DNA from: an uncultured Candidatus Saccharibacteria bacterium
GTDB taxonomy: Bacteria; Patescibacteriota; Doudnabacteria; UBA920
Length of the DNA stretch: 64,000 nucleotides
Reading direction: 5' to 3'
Assembly: GCA_964474825.1 (NCBI GenBank)
Contig: CAYYWQ010000001.1
Location: forward strand, 741,609 to 805,608
Positions 17,421-27,151 of this stretch are shown piece by piece; the stretch's first letter is position 1, and each line of letters begins with the position of its first letter. The notes beneath the pieces are model-generated. The model was given only the letters and a program-made list of their open reading frames with translations. It did no database searches and was not told the DNA's origin. Position numbers and translations under genes: made by a program.

Positions 17421-18037
17421 AACAGTCCGCTGAATAAAGACAGGTTAACGTCCTGCACTCCCCTGACTTCCAAGACCTTGGCGCCGCTGGCTTTGGCAGA
17501 AGCAATGCCGTGTGGAGCGTCTTCCACAATTAAGCATTCCTCGGGTTTAAGCTTAAGCGTTTCAAAAGCCTTTAAATAAATTTCCGGATGCGGCTTTTGG
17601 TGGGTAATTTCGTCGTTACCTAAAATAAGGTCGAAGTATTCATACAGCTGGGAAGACTTAAGCATAATATCTAACGTTTCGCGAATGGAATTGCTGCAGC
17701 AGCCCAATACCAACCCTTTGTTCTTCAATTCTTTTATCATAATAATTTTTGAGTAGTCCGGCACGCAGTATTTGGGAATAATTTCTTTGGTATATTGCTG
17801 TTTTATGGTATTAATAAATTCCGAAAGGCCTCCGGGCAAACGGCCCTGCTCTTCCAGCTGGGAAATTTTTTTCTTGGTAGAAAGGCCGTTAAAAAAACTC
17901 ATATGCTCTTCCGGCTCTATTTTAGCGCCAAACATTGCCAAAGCCTTGTTTAAGGCTTCGTAGTGGCCGTCCGGCATGTCTACCAAAACGCCGTCCAGGT
18001 CAAAAAGTATTGCTTTAATTTTATTATCCTTAGGCAT
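17417..18037 (-). CDS. HAD family phosphatase (beta-PGM-like; start likely MPKDNK)
   Basis: FDLDGVLVD, CCSNS, KPHPEIY and IVEDAPHG motifs. Confidence 0.88.
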   Translation of the reverse strand: MPKDNKIKAILFDLDGVLVDMPDGHYEALNKALAMFGAKIEPEEHMSFFNGLSTKKKISQLEEQGRLPGGLSEFINTIKQQYTKEIIPKYCVPDYSKIIMIKELKNKGLVLGCCSNSIRETLDIMLKSSQLYEYFDLILGNDEITHQKPHPEIYLKAFETLKLKPEECLIVEDAPHGIASAKASGAKVLEVRGVQDVNLSLFSGLL

Positions 18038-18063
18038 AACTAAAATTTCCAATATTTAAAAAC

Positions 18064-19098
18064 CTACTTTACGTCTATTTTGGCGTTTAATTGTTTTATT
18101 CTTTCGCTATTTTTTTCGTCAAGGTACTTGCGGGCAAAACCGGCAAATTTTGGGAAGGCGTTCTTAACAAAGAACCTTAAATTATAAACCACGAAATACA
18201 CCATGTCTTCCAATATATTCGGGACAATAAATAAACTGTTATTGGCGTATTTATTAAGCAGTTTTTTATATTCCGTAAAAGTATAAAGCCCGCTATTGCT
18301 TAGGCAGGGAGTTTGCGCGTAGGCATCTCCCGGGGATTTGAGCCAATGTATCCCAGCCCTTTTGGCGCTTAAAAATATGCAGTTATTGGCAAAATATTTT
18401 TCCGAAAGCACAATATTATTGTGCGAAATGTCTTCCAAATGTTCAAAATGTATTTCTTTATGCTTAGACAGAAATTTAACCCAAATATATTGCTCTGGCG
18501 AATAAGGGTTGGTGGCCAGGTATGGTTCGCCATTTTTGTTTATGGCGGTTACCTCTTTGTTGGTTAATGGTATGTCAAAAATATTTTTTACGTCTTGTGT
18601 TAAACCAAAGAAAAACCAGTCACATACGTTAAAGGGCCACTTTGTCCTCCTGTTTGGGTTACAGGTGGTTATGGTTACAACCCTTTGGTTTAAAATTTTA
18701 TAATTTTCGTCAAAAGGCAATTGGCTGTAATTAACAAAGTAATCTAAAAAGTCCGCGTTCTTTAATTCAAAGTCGGTCCTCATTTTTACCGCGTATTTGG
18801 TCTTACTGGCTTTTAGGCCGTTTATGGAGGAAACAATTTGGCGGAAACAGTTGGACTTGTATTCCCCCATCATGTTAGAACCCGGGTCTTTGTTTAGGAT
18901 TAACTCGTCGTAATCCAAACCTTCAACGTTAGAACCTTCCCAGGTAGACAAAATTATAGTAGCGCCCGGCAAAATTTTCCGGAGGCTCTTTAAACAAATT
19001 TCCGTAAGCCTTCCTTTTGGCTGGGTGTCCTGGGAACCGGCAATTGCCCCCTGTACAACGACTGAAATTTCTTTAAAATTAATGTTTTCTTTTTGCAT
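18064..19098 (-). CDS. wavE: WavE lipopolysaccharide synthesis family protein
   Basis: ISVVVQG, IILSTW, DPG, RQIVSSINGL, KMRTD, CDWFFFG and PEQYIW motifs. Confidence 0.85.
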   Translation of the reverse strand: MQKENINFKEISVVVQGAIAGSQDTQPKGRLTEICLKSLRKILPGATIILSTWEGSNVEGLDYDELILNKDPGSNMMGEYKSNCFRQIVSSINGLKASKTKYAVKMRTDFELKNADFLDYFVNYSQLPFDENYKILNQRVVTITTCNPNRRTKWPFNVCDWFFFGLTQDVKNIFDIPLTNKEVTAINKNGEPYLATNPYSPEQYIWVKFLSKHKEIHFEHLEDISHNNIVLSEKYFANNCIFLSAKRAGIHWLKSPGDAYAQTPCLSNSGLYTFTEYKKLLNKYANNSLFIVPNILEDMVYFVVYNLRFFVKNAFPKFAGFARKYLDEKNSERIKQLNAKIDVK

Positions 19099-19139
19099 AT
19101 TACCTAGTATTTAATAGTATAATAACACTTTTTACCCTG

Positions 19140-19168
19140 TTGACCAAGCGGCTTTTTTAAGGCATAAT
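19140..19168 (+). promoter_or_regulatory. Sigma70 promoter
   Basis: TTGACC-17 nt-CATAAT upstream of the IMPase-like gene. Confidence 0.55.
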
Positions 19169-19202
19169 AACAAATCGTCACCGAAGCACGTTTGGAGTAG
19201 AT

Positions 19203-20081
19203 GTGACGAAATTGAAAGGGGGAAATTTTTTGGAACCCATAGAGGCAGTAAAAACGGCATTAAGAAACTGGGCTCCCCGAATGGCCGAAATGTTCTTTGG
19301 GCCAACCGAAAAGCTCAAGGCAATTTACAAATCCGAGGACGGAACCCCACAGACAGCAATAGACCGTGAAGGGGCAAAGATGCTCATGAGCGAAGCCCTC
19401 AGGCTTCTGCCAGGCTGTGCTTTCAAGGATGAGGAGTCGCACGTAATCAACGGAACGAGCGGTGTTGAACTTGTGACGGACAACGCAGATGGCAGTCGAA
19501 ATATTGGACGGTTGCGGGTCCCACAGACTGTCAGTGGAGCATCACTCTTCTATCGCGGCGAACTCATCGGCGCGGCCATTGCTAACCCATTTGAAGACAT
19601 CCTGGTCTGGGGACAGAAAGATCTCGGCGTCTTCCGCAGCAAGCTGACTTTGGCAAAAGGGAGGAAAGAAAATGCTGAACAGCTTCACCTAAGCGCTCAC
19701 GGCCGGCCGGCAAGCCAGCGGTTCATGGGGATTGACTCCTACTATCCCCCTACAGTAGCAGCGCATAAGACCACCTTCTGCGGCCAAGCCGCCTCGTTCG
19801 CCTGGAACATGTGTTCCTACGGCAGCAACATTTACTACACCCAGTTGCTGCTGGAAGGACGCATTGATTTCCAGTTCACAGACTGCATTGGCGGGCCTCA
19901 GGACATCTTGCCAGCAATGGCTCTGGTGCCGCTACTTGGCGGCGAGGTCGTTAATCTCGAAGGTGAATTCCCGAAGCGCGATGAAAAACGGCTAATCATC
20001 GCCACTAACGGAGAATTCACACAGGACCTGCTCAAGGCCGCCCAAAGGTCGTACCCGGGATGGTTTCTGGGTTTCAAATAA
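19203..20081 (+). CDS. Divergent inositol monophosphatase / FIG superfamily protein
   Basis: TAID, DEES, DNADGSRN (cf. DPIDGTxN) and PQD (cf. WD) motifs; SD GGAG; GC-richer; opposite strand to the cluster. Confidence 0.75.
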   Translation: MTKLKGGNFLEPIEAVKTALRNWAPRMAEMFFGPTEKLKAIYKSEDGTPQTAIDREGAKMLMSEALRLLPGCAFKDEESHVINGTSGVELVTDNADGSRNIGRLRVPQTVSGASLFYRGELIGAAIANPFEDILVWGQKDLGVFRSKLTLAKGRKENAEQLHLSAHGRPASQRFMGIDSYYPPTVAAHKTTFCGQAASFAWNMCSYGSNIYYTQLLLEGRIDFQFTDCIGGPQDILPAMALVPLLGGEVVNLEGEFPKRDEKRLIIATNGEFTQDLLKAAQRSYPGWFLGFK

Positions 20082-20094
20082 ATGGAACAAAAAC

Positions 20095-20146
20095 AAAGCA
20101 GGCGTTTTAAAGTGCAAGAATATTTCCTTGCCACGCCTGCTTTTTC
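20095..20146 (+). terminator. Terminator after the IMPase-like gene
   Basis: AAAGCAGGCGT...ACGCCTGCTTT stem with inner GCAAG/CTTGC and a T tail. Confidence 0.6.
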
Positions 20147-20178
20147 ATTGGAAAATAAATTTTATTTCTGTATGTTCC

Positions 20179-20216
20179 CTGCCCGCCGTCGCCAAGGCTT
20201 TGGCGGACTGCGGCAG
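20179..20216. repeat. GC-rich REP-like palindrome
   Basis: CTGCCCGCCGTCGCCAAGGCTTTGGCGGACTGCGGCAG folds on itself, between convergent genes. Confidence 0.5.
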
Positions 20217-20225
20217 ATAACAAAA

Positions 20226-21536
20226 TTATCTGCCCTGCCAAGTAAAAATGTAGTACAAAGTTTTTAAAATAATTTCTAAGTCAAACAAGAAGCTGCGATG
20301 TTTTATGTAGTACAAATCATATTGCAGCTTGAGTTTGGTTTCTTCCACACTGCCAGCGTAAATGTTATTTATTTGGGCCCAGCCTGTAAGGCCCGGTTTT
20401 ACCAAATGACGCTCTTCGTAAAATGGAATTTCTTTTTTTAAGTCTTCCACCAAATGCGGCTGTTCCGGCCTGGGCCCCACTAAACTCATGTTCCCCAGCA
20501 AAAGGTTTATGAATTGCGGCCATTCGTCTATGCGCGCTTTGCGCAAAAACCGCCCGACTGTTGTTATGCGCGGGTCGTTAACAGATGTCCAGGAATTGGT
20601 TACTCCCCCGCTCATGGTGCGGTATTTGTAAACCCTAAAAATCTTATTGTCCTTGCCCACACGCTCCTGAATAAAAAAAATAGGTCCTTTTGAGCTTGAT
20701 TTAATCAGCAAAGCAATGGGCAAAAAAGTTATTGCAAACACAACCGCGGAAACTAACCCTACAAATAAGTCTACAATCCTTTTAAGCAAATTGTAAAAAC
20801 GCTTTTCGCGATAATTAATGTTTTCCAAAAACCATAGTTCACTAATTTGAGAAAGATACACTCGCCGCATTAAACTTTCGTAAAAATCTTTGTAGTTATA
20901 AAAATTTACTCCCAAAGTACGCAGCTCGTAAAATCTTCTTAGCACGTCTGGTTGGGCGTCTATATTGTCAGGTAAAACAATGGCCGCATTTTTAGCCAAG
21001 GCTTGCACCTTTAAAGTTTCGCCGTTTAAATGACCAAGTACCTTGTATCCCAAATAGCCGTGGCGGCCAATTTCCTGCTCCAGTTCCGAAAGTTCGTTGT
21101 TAAAAGAAAAAAGATATATGGATTCCGAAATGCGGTTCTTGAGCAAATATTTTATTAACAAATGCCAGACCAAAATAAGAACAAAAGCAACACCGGCGTC
21201 TATAAGCAGAACACGGCGGGGAGTTAGGATGAGCGAAGGCTGAAAATAAAAAAACATTGCCGCGGCCAAAACATTTATAACCATGGCCGAGGTTAAATTA
21301 AAAACCAAAGTGCTGTAGCGCCTAAAAGCGCTAAAATCAAAAAGGCCGTGGATAAAAAATACCACAACCCAAACCGCGTAAATTAAAGTAAACGCCCTAA
21401 TATGGGCGGGCCAAAGGGCGGGCTCAAGGCTGCTCCCATAACGGACACGCAGGGACAGCCATAGCGCCACATAAAGTAAAACAATATCCGGAAGAAGTGT
21501 TATTAAAAAAATTTTAGATTTTCTGGTTTGAGCCAT
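20226..21536 (-). CDS. Polyprenyl-phosphate phosphoglycosyltransferase (priming sugar transferase, WbaP/WcaJ-like)
   Basis: Four N-terminal TMs; KRIVD, QERVG, KYRTM, DPRIT.VGRFLRK.RIDEWPQ, GPRPE, KPGLTGWAQ and DLYYI motifs. Confidence 0.93.
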   Translation of the reverse strand: MAQTRKSKIFLITLLPDIVLLYVALWLSLRVRYGSSLEPALWPAHIRAFTLIYAVWVVVFFIHGLFDFSAFRRYSTLVFNLTSAMVINVLAAAMFFYFQPSLILTPRRVLLIDAGVAFVLILVWHLLIKYLLKNRISESIYLFSFNNELSELEQEIGRHGYLGYKVLGHLNGETLKVQALAKNAAIVLPDNIDAQPDVLRRFYELRTLGVNFYNYKDFYESLMRRVYLSQISELWFLENINYREKRFYNLLKRIVDLFVGLVSAVVFAITFLPIALLIKSSSKGPIFFIQERVGKDNKIFRVYKYRTMSGGVTNSWTSVNDPRITTVGRFLRKARIDEWPQFINLLLGNMSLVGPRPEQPHLVEDLKKEIPFYEERHLVKPGLTGWAQINNIYAGSVEETKLKLQYDLYYIKHRSFLFDLEIILKTLYYIFTWQGR

Positions 21537-21684
21537 AATCTGCTTAAATATAAGCTGTTTAAGGGGATAAATCTTTATTATTTATTATAGTACAAAAAAA
21601 TTAAAGCCGATAGGCCGGGTTTAGTTCCTACAAATAACAATTTTAGCCGTAAAAAGGTTGTCCCGCAGAGCAGTAAAATTTTAT

Positions 21685-22440
21685 TTACAGGAACCTCCGA
21701 GTTTGGATCCGCCACTTTATCCAACCTAACCAGTAGTTAGGATAATAATTTTTATTCAGCTTAATTAAATTCAAAACAGATTTAATCATTTGTTGTTTTT
21801 TTTGTCCGGTAATACCCAGTGGGTTTTGGCAGTACCTGACCATAATGCTGTTTAAGTTGGCCCAGGCGCCTTTTTGTCCCATTCGAAGCCATAGCGCGTA
21901 ATCCTCCACATGTAGATCCTCCTGCCGGTAACCGCCGGCTTTTAGTAGAGCGCTTTTTCTGACAACAACACTGCTGTGTACAAAACAATTACGGCATAAA
22001 ATTTGCCGGCGAATTTGGGCGTCCGTGGCCGGCGGGCAAAAATCATATAAGCGACGGCCTTCCGGACTCACCACCTCAGCCCACGTCCCTAAAAGATCAC
22101 AGCCCGAATTTTCGTCTAAAAACTTAACTTGACTGGAAAGTTTTTCCGCGCTTGTCCAGGCGTCGTCCGAGTCAAGCCTTGCCAAATATTCCCCGGCCGA
22201 GGCCGCAACCGCTTCGTTTAAAGACTGGACCAGCCCCAAATTTTGTGGCTGATTTATAGCTTTTATTCGCTGGTCTGTATTTTGGAGTTTGCTGATAATT
22301 TTACCGCTTGTGTCTGTAGAGCCGTCGTTAATTAAAATTAACTCCCAATCTGAAAAAGTCTGAGCCAAAACACTGGCAACAGCCTGTTCCAAAAACCGCT
22401 CGCCATTGTAAACGGGTAATAATACAGATACTTTAGGCAT
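21685..22440 (-). CDS. Glycosyltransferase family 2 (start MPKVSV)
   Basis: VSVLLPVYN, INDGSTD, ARLDSDD and EDY motifs. Confidence 0.9.
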   Translation of the reverse strand: MPKVSVLLPVYNGERFLEQAVASVLAQTFSDWELILINDGSTDTSGKIISKLQNTDQRIKAINQPQNLGLVQSLNEAVAASAGEYLARLDSDDAWTSAEKLSSQVKFLDENSGCDLLGTWAEVVSPEGRRLYDFCPPATDAQIRRQILCRNCFVHSSVVVRKSALLKAGGYRQEDLHVEDYALWLRMGQKGAWANLNSIMVRYCQNPLGITGQKKQQMIKSVLNLIKLNKNYYPNYWLGWIKWRIQTRRFL

Positions 22441-23062
22441 GATATGTAAAATTGGCTGATCGATTATCACTATTCCAAGCTTTAACAGACAAGCCGTTTT
22501 TGTCTTTATCGGAAATCAGTAAATCCGAACGGCCAATTATGCTTTGAAACTGTTTATAAAGTTCCGGGTCACACAACGACCAGTCAATGTCGGAAGACAG
22601 TGGCGAAATACCGGCTTCTGCGCCTGGGTTATATTCGCCTGAGCAAAAATATTCAATAGCCGACTCCTCCACATAAAAATTGCCGTGGGCAAAACCCGGC
22701 GGTACCCAAATCCATTCTGAATAATCATTCCCAAAATTTTGCGGCATGTTGTAAATTATGGCTTTGCCAAAAGTGGGAGAATTTTTGCGAATGTCTAAAA
22801 CCATGTCCGCCATATGCCCAAAAATGGTGCGTACCATTTTGCCCTGGGGCGGGCTCCACTGGAAATGCAGCCCCCTAACCGTACCAGCCTTGGAATAGCT
22901 TTCGTTGCTTTGGACAAAATTTATATCTTTCAACTCAGGGATTGTTTTAAAATCACTGTCCCGAAAAGGCTCGCTAAAGTAACCCCGGTTGTCTAAAAAA
23001 CGGCCAAAGCGGATAACTTTGACTTCAGACAAGGCTAATTGGGTAATACTAATAATCTTCAT
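22433..23062 (-). CDS. rfbC: dTDP-4-dehydrorhamnose 3,5-epimerase family protein
   Basis: DNRGYFSE, VQSNES, RGLHFQ, DIRKNSPTFG and VPPGFAHG motifs. Confidence 0.9.
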   Translation of the reverse strand: MKIISITQLALSEVKVIRFGRFLDNRGYFSEPFRDSDFKTIPELKDINFVQSNESYSKAGTVRGLHFQWSPPQGKMVRTIFGHMADMVLDIRKNSPTFGKAIIYNMPQNFGNDYSEWIWVPPGFAHGNFYVEESAIEYFCSGEYNPGAEAGISPLSSDIDWSLCDPELYKQFQSIIGRSDLLISDKDKNGLSVKAWNSDNRSANFTYHA

Positions 23063-23103
23063 AATTATATGTTTATTATAGACTATTTAAAATAAAAAAA
23101 CAC

Positions 23104-24150
23104 CTAGAAAGTAAACAGTTTTTTCAAGTTTTCTACAACCGCGGACTCGCTGTAAAATTTCAAAATATACTCCCGGCATTTTTGGTTGTCTTCCGCGGCC
23201 TTTGCGGGATTATTTAAATACAACAAAATATTTTCCGCTAATTTTTTTTCGTCTGTGGGTGCATGAAATAAGGCCCTGTCTTTAAACACGCCGGTAAAAG
23301 ACATTATAGAAGGGAGGCACAATGCATTGCCGCACAAAGCGGCGTTATAAACAGCCACGCACTGACCTTCGTCAAAAGAAGAATTTACATAGACTAAAAA
23401 ATTATTTAAAGTTTTTGCCAAATCCTCAAGCGGCATAAACCCGTAAGCAACTATATTGTCTTTAAGTCCCAAACTTTCCGCCTCAGGCCAAAACGCGGGG
23501 TCTGATATTCTTCCTACAATATGCAGTTTAATATCCGGCCTCTCTTTTTTTACCATATTCACGGCTCTCAAAATAGCTGGTAAATTCTTTTTGGCCGTGA
23601 CATTGCCAAAATAAACTATATCTTGCCGGTCACTTGTGCCTGTTTTGTAAAAATATTTATTGGACACCGCCAAAGGAGCCACAAAAAGTTTTTTTGCCGG
23701 GCTGCCCCGGGCAATTAAGAATTCCTTTTCCTCGTGGTTATTTAAACGTACCCTGGAAAAAAACTTAAACACAAAATCCTGGATAAGCTGTTTGGTTTTA
23801 GTTTGCCTAACCGGATGAGTATGCCCCATAAATATTGATTTTGAGGCAATAAACGGGACCAAAAAAGATTGCCACTCGTAACTGTTAACGTAAAACAGGG
23901 CGCGGCGGAATTTTAACAATTGCCATAAAAAGTTAAAAAAGTTTTTGTATTCTATTATGGTTATGTCCTTGTCAAAATTTGGGTCGTCCTGAATGTCATT
24001 TTGCCCCTGCCGGATTAAGGCGACGGGCTTATAGCCCAAAGACTTGGCGACTTGCAGCGCCTGGAGGTGGTAATTCTCTTCTGGGGAAAAAGCATACATT
24101 TGCCGGGAGTAACCCCAAATTACGGAAACAAAATATTTTGGAGAGTCCAT
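23104..24150 (-). CDS. Glycosyltransferase family 4
   Basis: GT-B C-terminal YFG...KKNL...SFDEGQ motif (variant of ExFG). Confidence 0.8.
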   Translation of the reverse strand: MDSPKYFVSVIWGYSRQMYAFSPEENYHLQALQVAKSLGYKPVALIRQGQNDIQDDPNFDKDITIIEYKNFFNFLWQLLKFRRALFYVNSYEWQSFLVPFIASKSIFMGHTHPVRQTKTKQLIQDFVFKFFSRVRLNNHEEKEFLIARGSPAKKLFVAPLAVSNKYFYKTGTSDRQDIVYFGNVTAKKNLPAILRAVNMVKKERPDIKLHIVGRISDPAFWPEAESLGLKDNIVAYGFMPLEDLAKTLNNFLVYVNSSFDEGQCVAVYNAALCGNALCLPSIMSFTGVFKDRALFHAPTDEKKLAENILLYLNNPAKAAEDNQKCREYILKFYSESAVVENLKKLFTF

Positions 24151-24152
24151 AA

Positions 24153-24908
24153 TTATTTTTGGAAGTTAACGTAAATGTCCCCGTAACAATCTTTACCGCG
24201 CAATTTCTCCAAAGCCGAAAGCAGGCCTTGGCTATTCACCCACTCCGCCAGTTCCAGTTCATAATACGCGGACATGGAAAAATTGTACCTTGCCTTGCCT
24301 AAAGTATCCAAATGAGAGGTTACTTCGGCAATGTTGGCAAAAAAATGGTCGGAAAATTCAAAAGAAATATAATTAATTGCCCGGCTCAGTCCTTTTACTA
24401 CGTGAGGTTCAAAACCTTCAACATCAATTTTACAAAATTGTGGCAACCCGTATTGCCCTATTAACGCGTCGAGCGTGGTTACCGGGACCTGGATGGTTTT
24501 GGTCCAGGAATGCCCGGCAAAACGACTGTCTTCCTTTGCTTTGTCCGAGAAAGACGCCAGGCCGGTGGAATTGTCGTCTAAGTGAAAATCAAGCATGCCC
24601 GGCTGTTCGCTTACTCCCCTGGCCACTATTGCCACCCTTTTATCCCGGCCATATCTTTTTTCTAAGGCGCTTACGCACACCGGCTGGGGGTCTATGCTAA
24701 TTACTAACTTTGCTCCCAGCTCCAAAAATAACGCGGTCATGTCGCCCTGGTTGGCGCCTACGTCAAACACCAGGTCGCCTGTGGTAATAAAATTCCCCAA
24801 CAATTTTTTTTGTTTGCGCCCGTTAAACTTGTTAACCAGCGGCAGTAAAAAATACAGGCTGGTCCTTAATTTTTTAGGGAACAAGCTTTTTATACGATAA
24901 AGCGTCAT
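24153..24908 (-). CDS. FkbM family methyltransferase
   Basis: VFDVGANQG, VTTLD and KIDVEGFE motifs. Confidence 0.9.
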   Translation of the reverse strand: MTLYRIKSLFPKKLRTSLYFLLPLVNKFNGRKQKKLLGNFITTGDLVFDVGANQGDMTALFLELGAKLVISIDPQPVCVSALEKRYGRDKRVAIVARGVSEQPGMLDFHLDDNSTGLASFSDKAKEDSRFAGHSWTKTIQVPVTTLDALIGQYGLPQFCKIDVEGFEPHVVKGLSRAINYISFEFSDHFFANIAEVTSHLDTLGKARYNFSMSAYYELELAEWVNSQGLLSALEKLRGKDCYGDIYVNFQK

Positions 24909-24910
24909 AT

Positions 24911-26047
24911 TTAATTTTTCTCATTAATTAACAACTCATATTCACGAAAAATAACATCCCATGTATGCCTCGTTTGCCACAGAATAAAAGCTTTTTCTAT
25001 GAGCTCCTGTCTTTTTTGTTCTTGGCCCAAATAAAAATTCAACTGTTCGGCCATTTGCTCCGGAGTTTTAACTAAGACCTCTGCTTCTTTATGGTCCTGA
25101 ATATTTCCAACCGGCGTGCTTATAAACAAAGTTTTGGAAGCAAAAGCTTCGTACATAACAAGCGGCGCGCATTCCACTTTGGAGCCAAATAAAAAGACGT
25201 CCGCGTCTTTGTAGGCAGAAAGCACGTCACTGCGGTTATTACCGCGCATTAGCTTAATATTTTTATGCAGGAGCGACGAGGCAGCACAGGATTTATAACA
25301 GCCGCGAATGAGCTGTTTAATTTTGCCTAAAAAATTCGCCCCAGGGTTCTCGCCAATTATTAGGAGTGTTGTATCGCTTCGTCCAGCCCGTAAAAACGCG
25401 TCTATAACAAAATCATGCCCTTTGTCGCGGTAATGGTTTGCCACGCAAATTGCTAAAAATTTAGTTGTAATGCCCAGCTTTTGTCTAATGCCGCTACCGG
25501 GCAGATGCAAAAACTCTTCGGCTGCCGCGGCATTGGGAATAATTACTGCTTTGTCTCCCACGCCTTGCTTGTCGCCAAAAAATTTGTCCTGGTAATTTGG
25601 GGACATGTAGACTAACTTGTCGTACTGCTTTAAGCCTATGGCTAATTTTTCAAAATATTCTTTAAACAAAGGGTTGTTAACATCCGGATAGCCGCACGGC
25701 ACAAGAATTTTTTTGGCCTGGATTTTAGGCAAAACGTCCAGCGCTAAATCGGTTGTCCAAATTTGGGCGGCGTAATTTATAACAACATCAAAGCCGCTTT
25801 GTAAAAATGTTTGGTAGCGAAGAACTTCCTCCTGCCCTCCTCCAATCCCCCGCGCCAAAGTTCCCGACAGCTTAAAACTTTCAATTTTTACGCCGTTTAA
25901 AACACCAGTCTTCCTGGCGGCTAAAAAAGTCGTGGCAACGGTAACATTGTGTCCTGCCGCCGCAAACCTCTCGCTAAGCTGCCTGACTACTTCTTCCGCC
26001 CCGCCCTTATGCGGCTCGTAAAATTCCACGGTAAATAAAATTTTCAT
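24911..26047 (-). CDS. Glycosyltransferase family 4
   Basis: FYEPHKGGAE, IPNA, KGHD and ECAPLVMYEA motifs. Confidence 0.88.
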   Translation of the reverse strand: MKILFTVEFYEPHKGGAEEVVRQLSERFAAAGHNVTVATTFLAARKTGVLNGVKIESFKLSGTLARGIGGGQEEVLRYQTFLQSGFDVVINYAAQIWTTDLALDVLPKIQAKKILVPCGYPDVNNPLFKEYFEKLAIGLKQYDKLVYMSPNYQDKFFGDKQGVGDKAVIIPNAAAAEEFLHLPGSGIRQKLGITTKFLAICVANHYRDKGHDFVIDAFLRAGRSDTTLLIIGENPGANFLGKIKQLIRGCYKSCAASSLLHKNIKLMRGNNRSDVLSAYKDADVFLFGSKVECAPLVMYEAFASKTLFISTPVGNIQDHKEAEVLVKTPEQMAEQLNFYLGQEQKRQELIEKAFILWQTRHTWDVIFREYELLINEKN

Positions 26048-26050
26048 AAA

Positions 26051-27151
26051 TTATTTTGAAAAATTAGGCAAATTTTTTAACAACTGTTTCTCAAAAATTT
26101 CTTTGCCTACCGGGGTGTAATGGTGGTCTCCCGGGTAAAATAGCAAATCGGCCGGCGCTGTTTGCCTGTGTTCGGCAAAAGGCCCGTAAATATCAACATA
26201 CTTTACTTCCCTGGCCGCAAGCTCCTTTTGAAGCAGAGGGACGAAGTCATCATACCCGTAATCATTGGGCTTAGGCAAGAAATCCGCGTAAAGGGAGAGC
26301 TTATTGGGAACTATAATAAATACCAAAGTTAAATTGTAGTCATCTTTCAATACCTGGGACAGCTTGGCAATATCACCCGCCAATTGGGGGATTTGGGCAA
26401 TTTTGGTCCGGTTGTTTCTAAAAGCCACCTCTTCATTTAGAAATAACATTTTTGGATTCTTAGAATAAAGGGGTGTAAGGCCGTCTATGTCGCCAAACCA
26501 ATGGAAAGCCTTGTCTTTTAACCAAGCCCTCACGGGCTGTACCACAAAATTGTTTTCAAAAAAATATTCTTTTCGGCCGCGGTTGGGTTTAAAACTTGAA
26601 AACAAACCAGACAAACTCTTTACCAGGCTTTTGTGGCCGGCCGGCTTTACCGCTTGGCCTTCGTCCGTAATACGCCCCAATGAATAGAATTCAGCCGTCT
26701 CCCAAACAAATACTTTTGGGCCGGCCTTTTTATATTCAATTTCCTTTAAAAAATCTAATGGACCCTTTTCCGTGGTAAGAAGCTTGTAATATATACCGCC
26801 TTCGAGCCTGCCCTGCAGGTAATTATAAACCGGCTCTGAATCGTAACCCGTGGAAAAAAAAGAATCTGCCTTAATAACATACTTGGCGCTGTTTGGACCA
26901 GAAGCGGCAGGCAGGAGAGGCCGCTGGTTTATTTGTTCCTTAAAATCTTTTATAAAACTCATGCAGTAAAGGTCACCCAAAAAATACGGGCCGTCATAAC
27001 AGGGGTCTACCACCAATTTTTTCCAGACAAATTCATTCTGGCTGGCTACAACCGCCAAAATTGCCAACAAGAAAAAAGCAAATAATGCCGCTTTGACCAA
27101 AGCTCTTACAAGCCCGGCCGATTTAAAATTGGAAGTAAATAAAGGGCGCAT
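26051..27151 (-). CDS. AlgX/AlgJ-like SGNH O-acetyltransferase
   Basis: N-terminal TM; ADSF (cf. GDSF), IVPNK and DHHYTPVG (cf. DxHWT..G); overlaps an MBOAT gene. Confidence 0.72.
   Translation of the reverse strand: MRPLFTSNFKSAGLVRALVKAALFAFFLLAILAVVASQNEFVWKKLVVDPCYDGPYFLGDLYCMSFIKDFKEQINQRPLLPAASGPNSAKYVIKADSFFSTGYDSEPVYNYLQGRLEGGIYYKLLTTEKGPLDFLKEIEYKKAGPKVFVWETAEFYSLGRITDEGQAVKPAGHKSLVKSLSGLFSSFKPNRGRKEYFFENNFVVQPVRAWLKDKAFHWFGDIDGLTPLYSKNPKMLFLNEEVAFRNNRTKIAQIPQLAGDIAKLSQVLKDDYNLTLVFIIVPNKLSLYADFLPKPNDYGYDDFVPLLQKELAAREVKYVDIYGPFAEHRQTAPADLLFYPGDHHYTPVGKEIFEKQLLKNLPNFSK

Noticed and set aside
20082-20267. 61-aa ORF after the IMPase-like gene
   Set aside because: Runs through a terminator and a REP-like hairpin and overlaps the convergent gene end.
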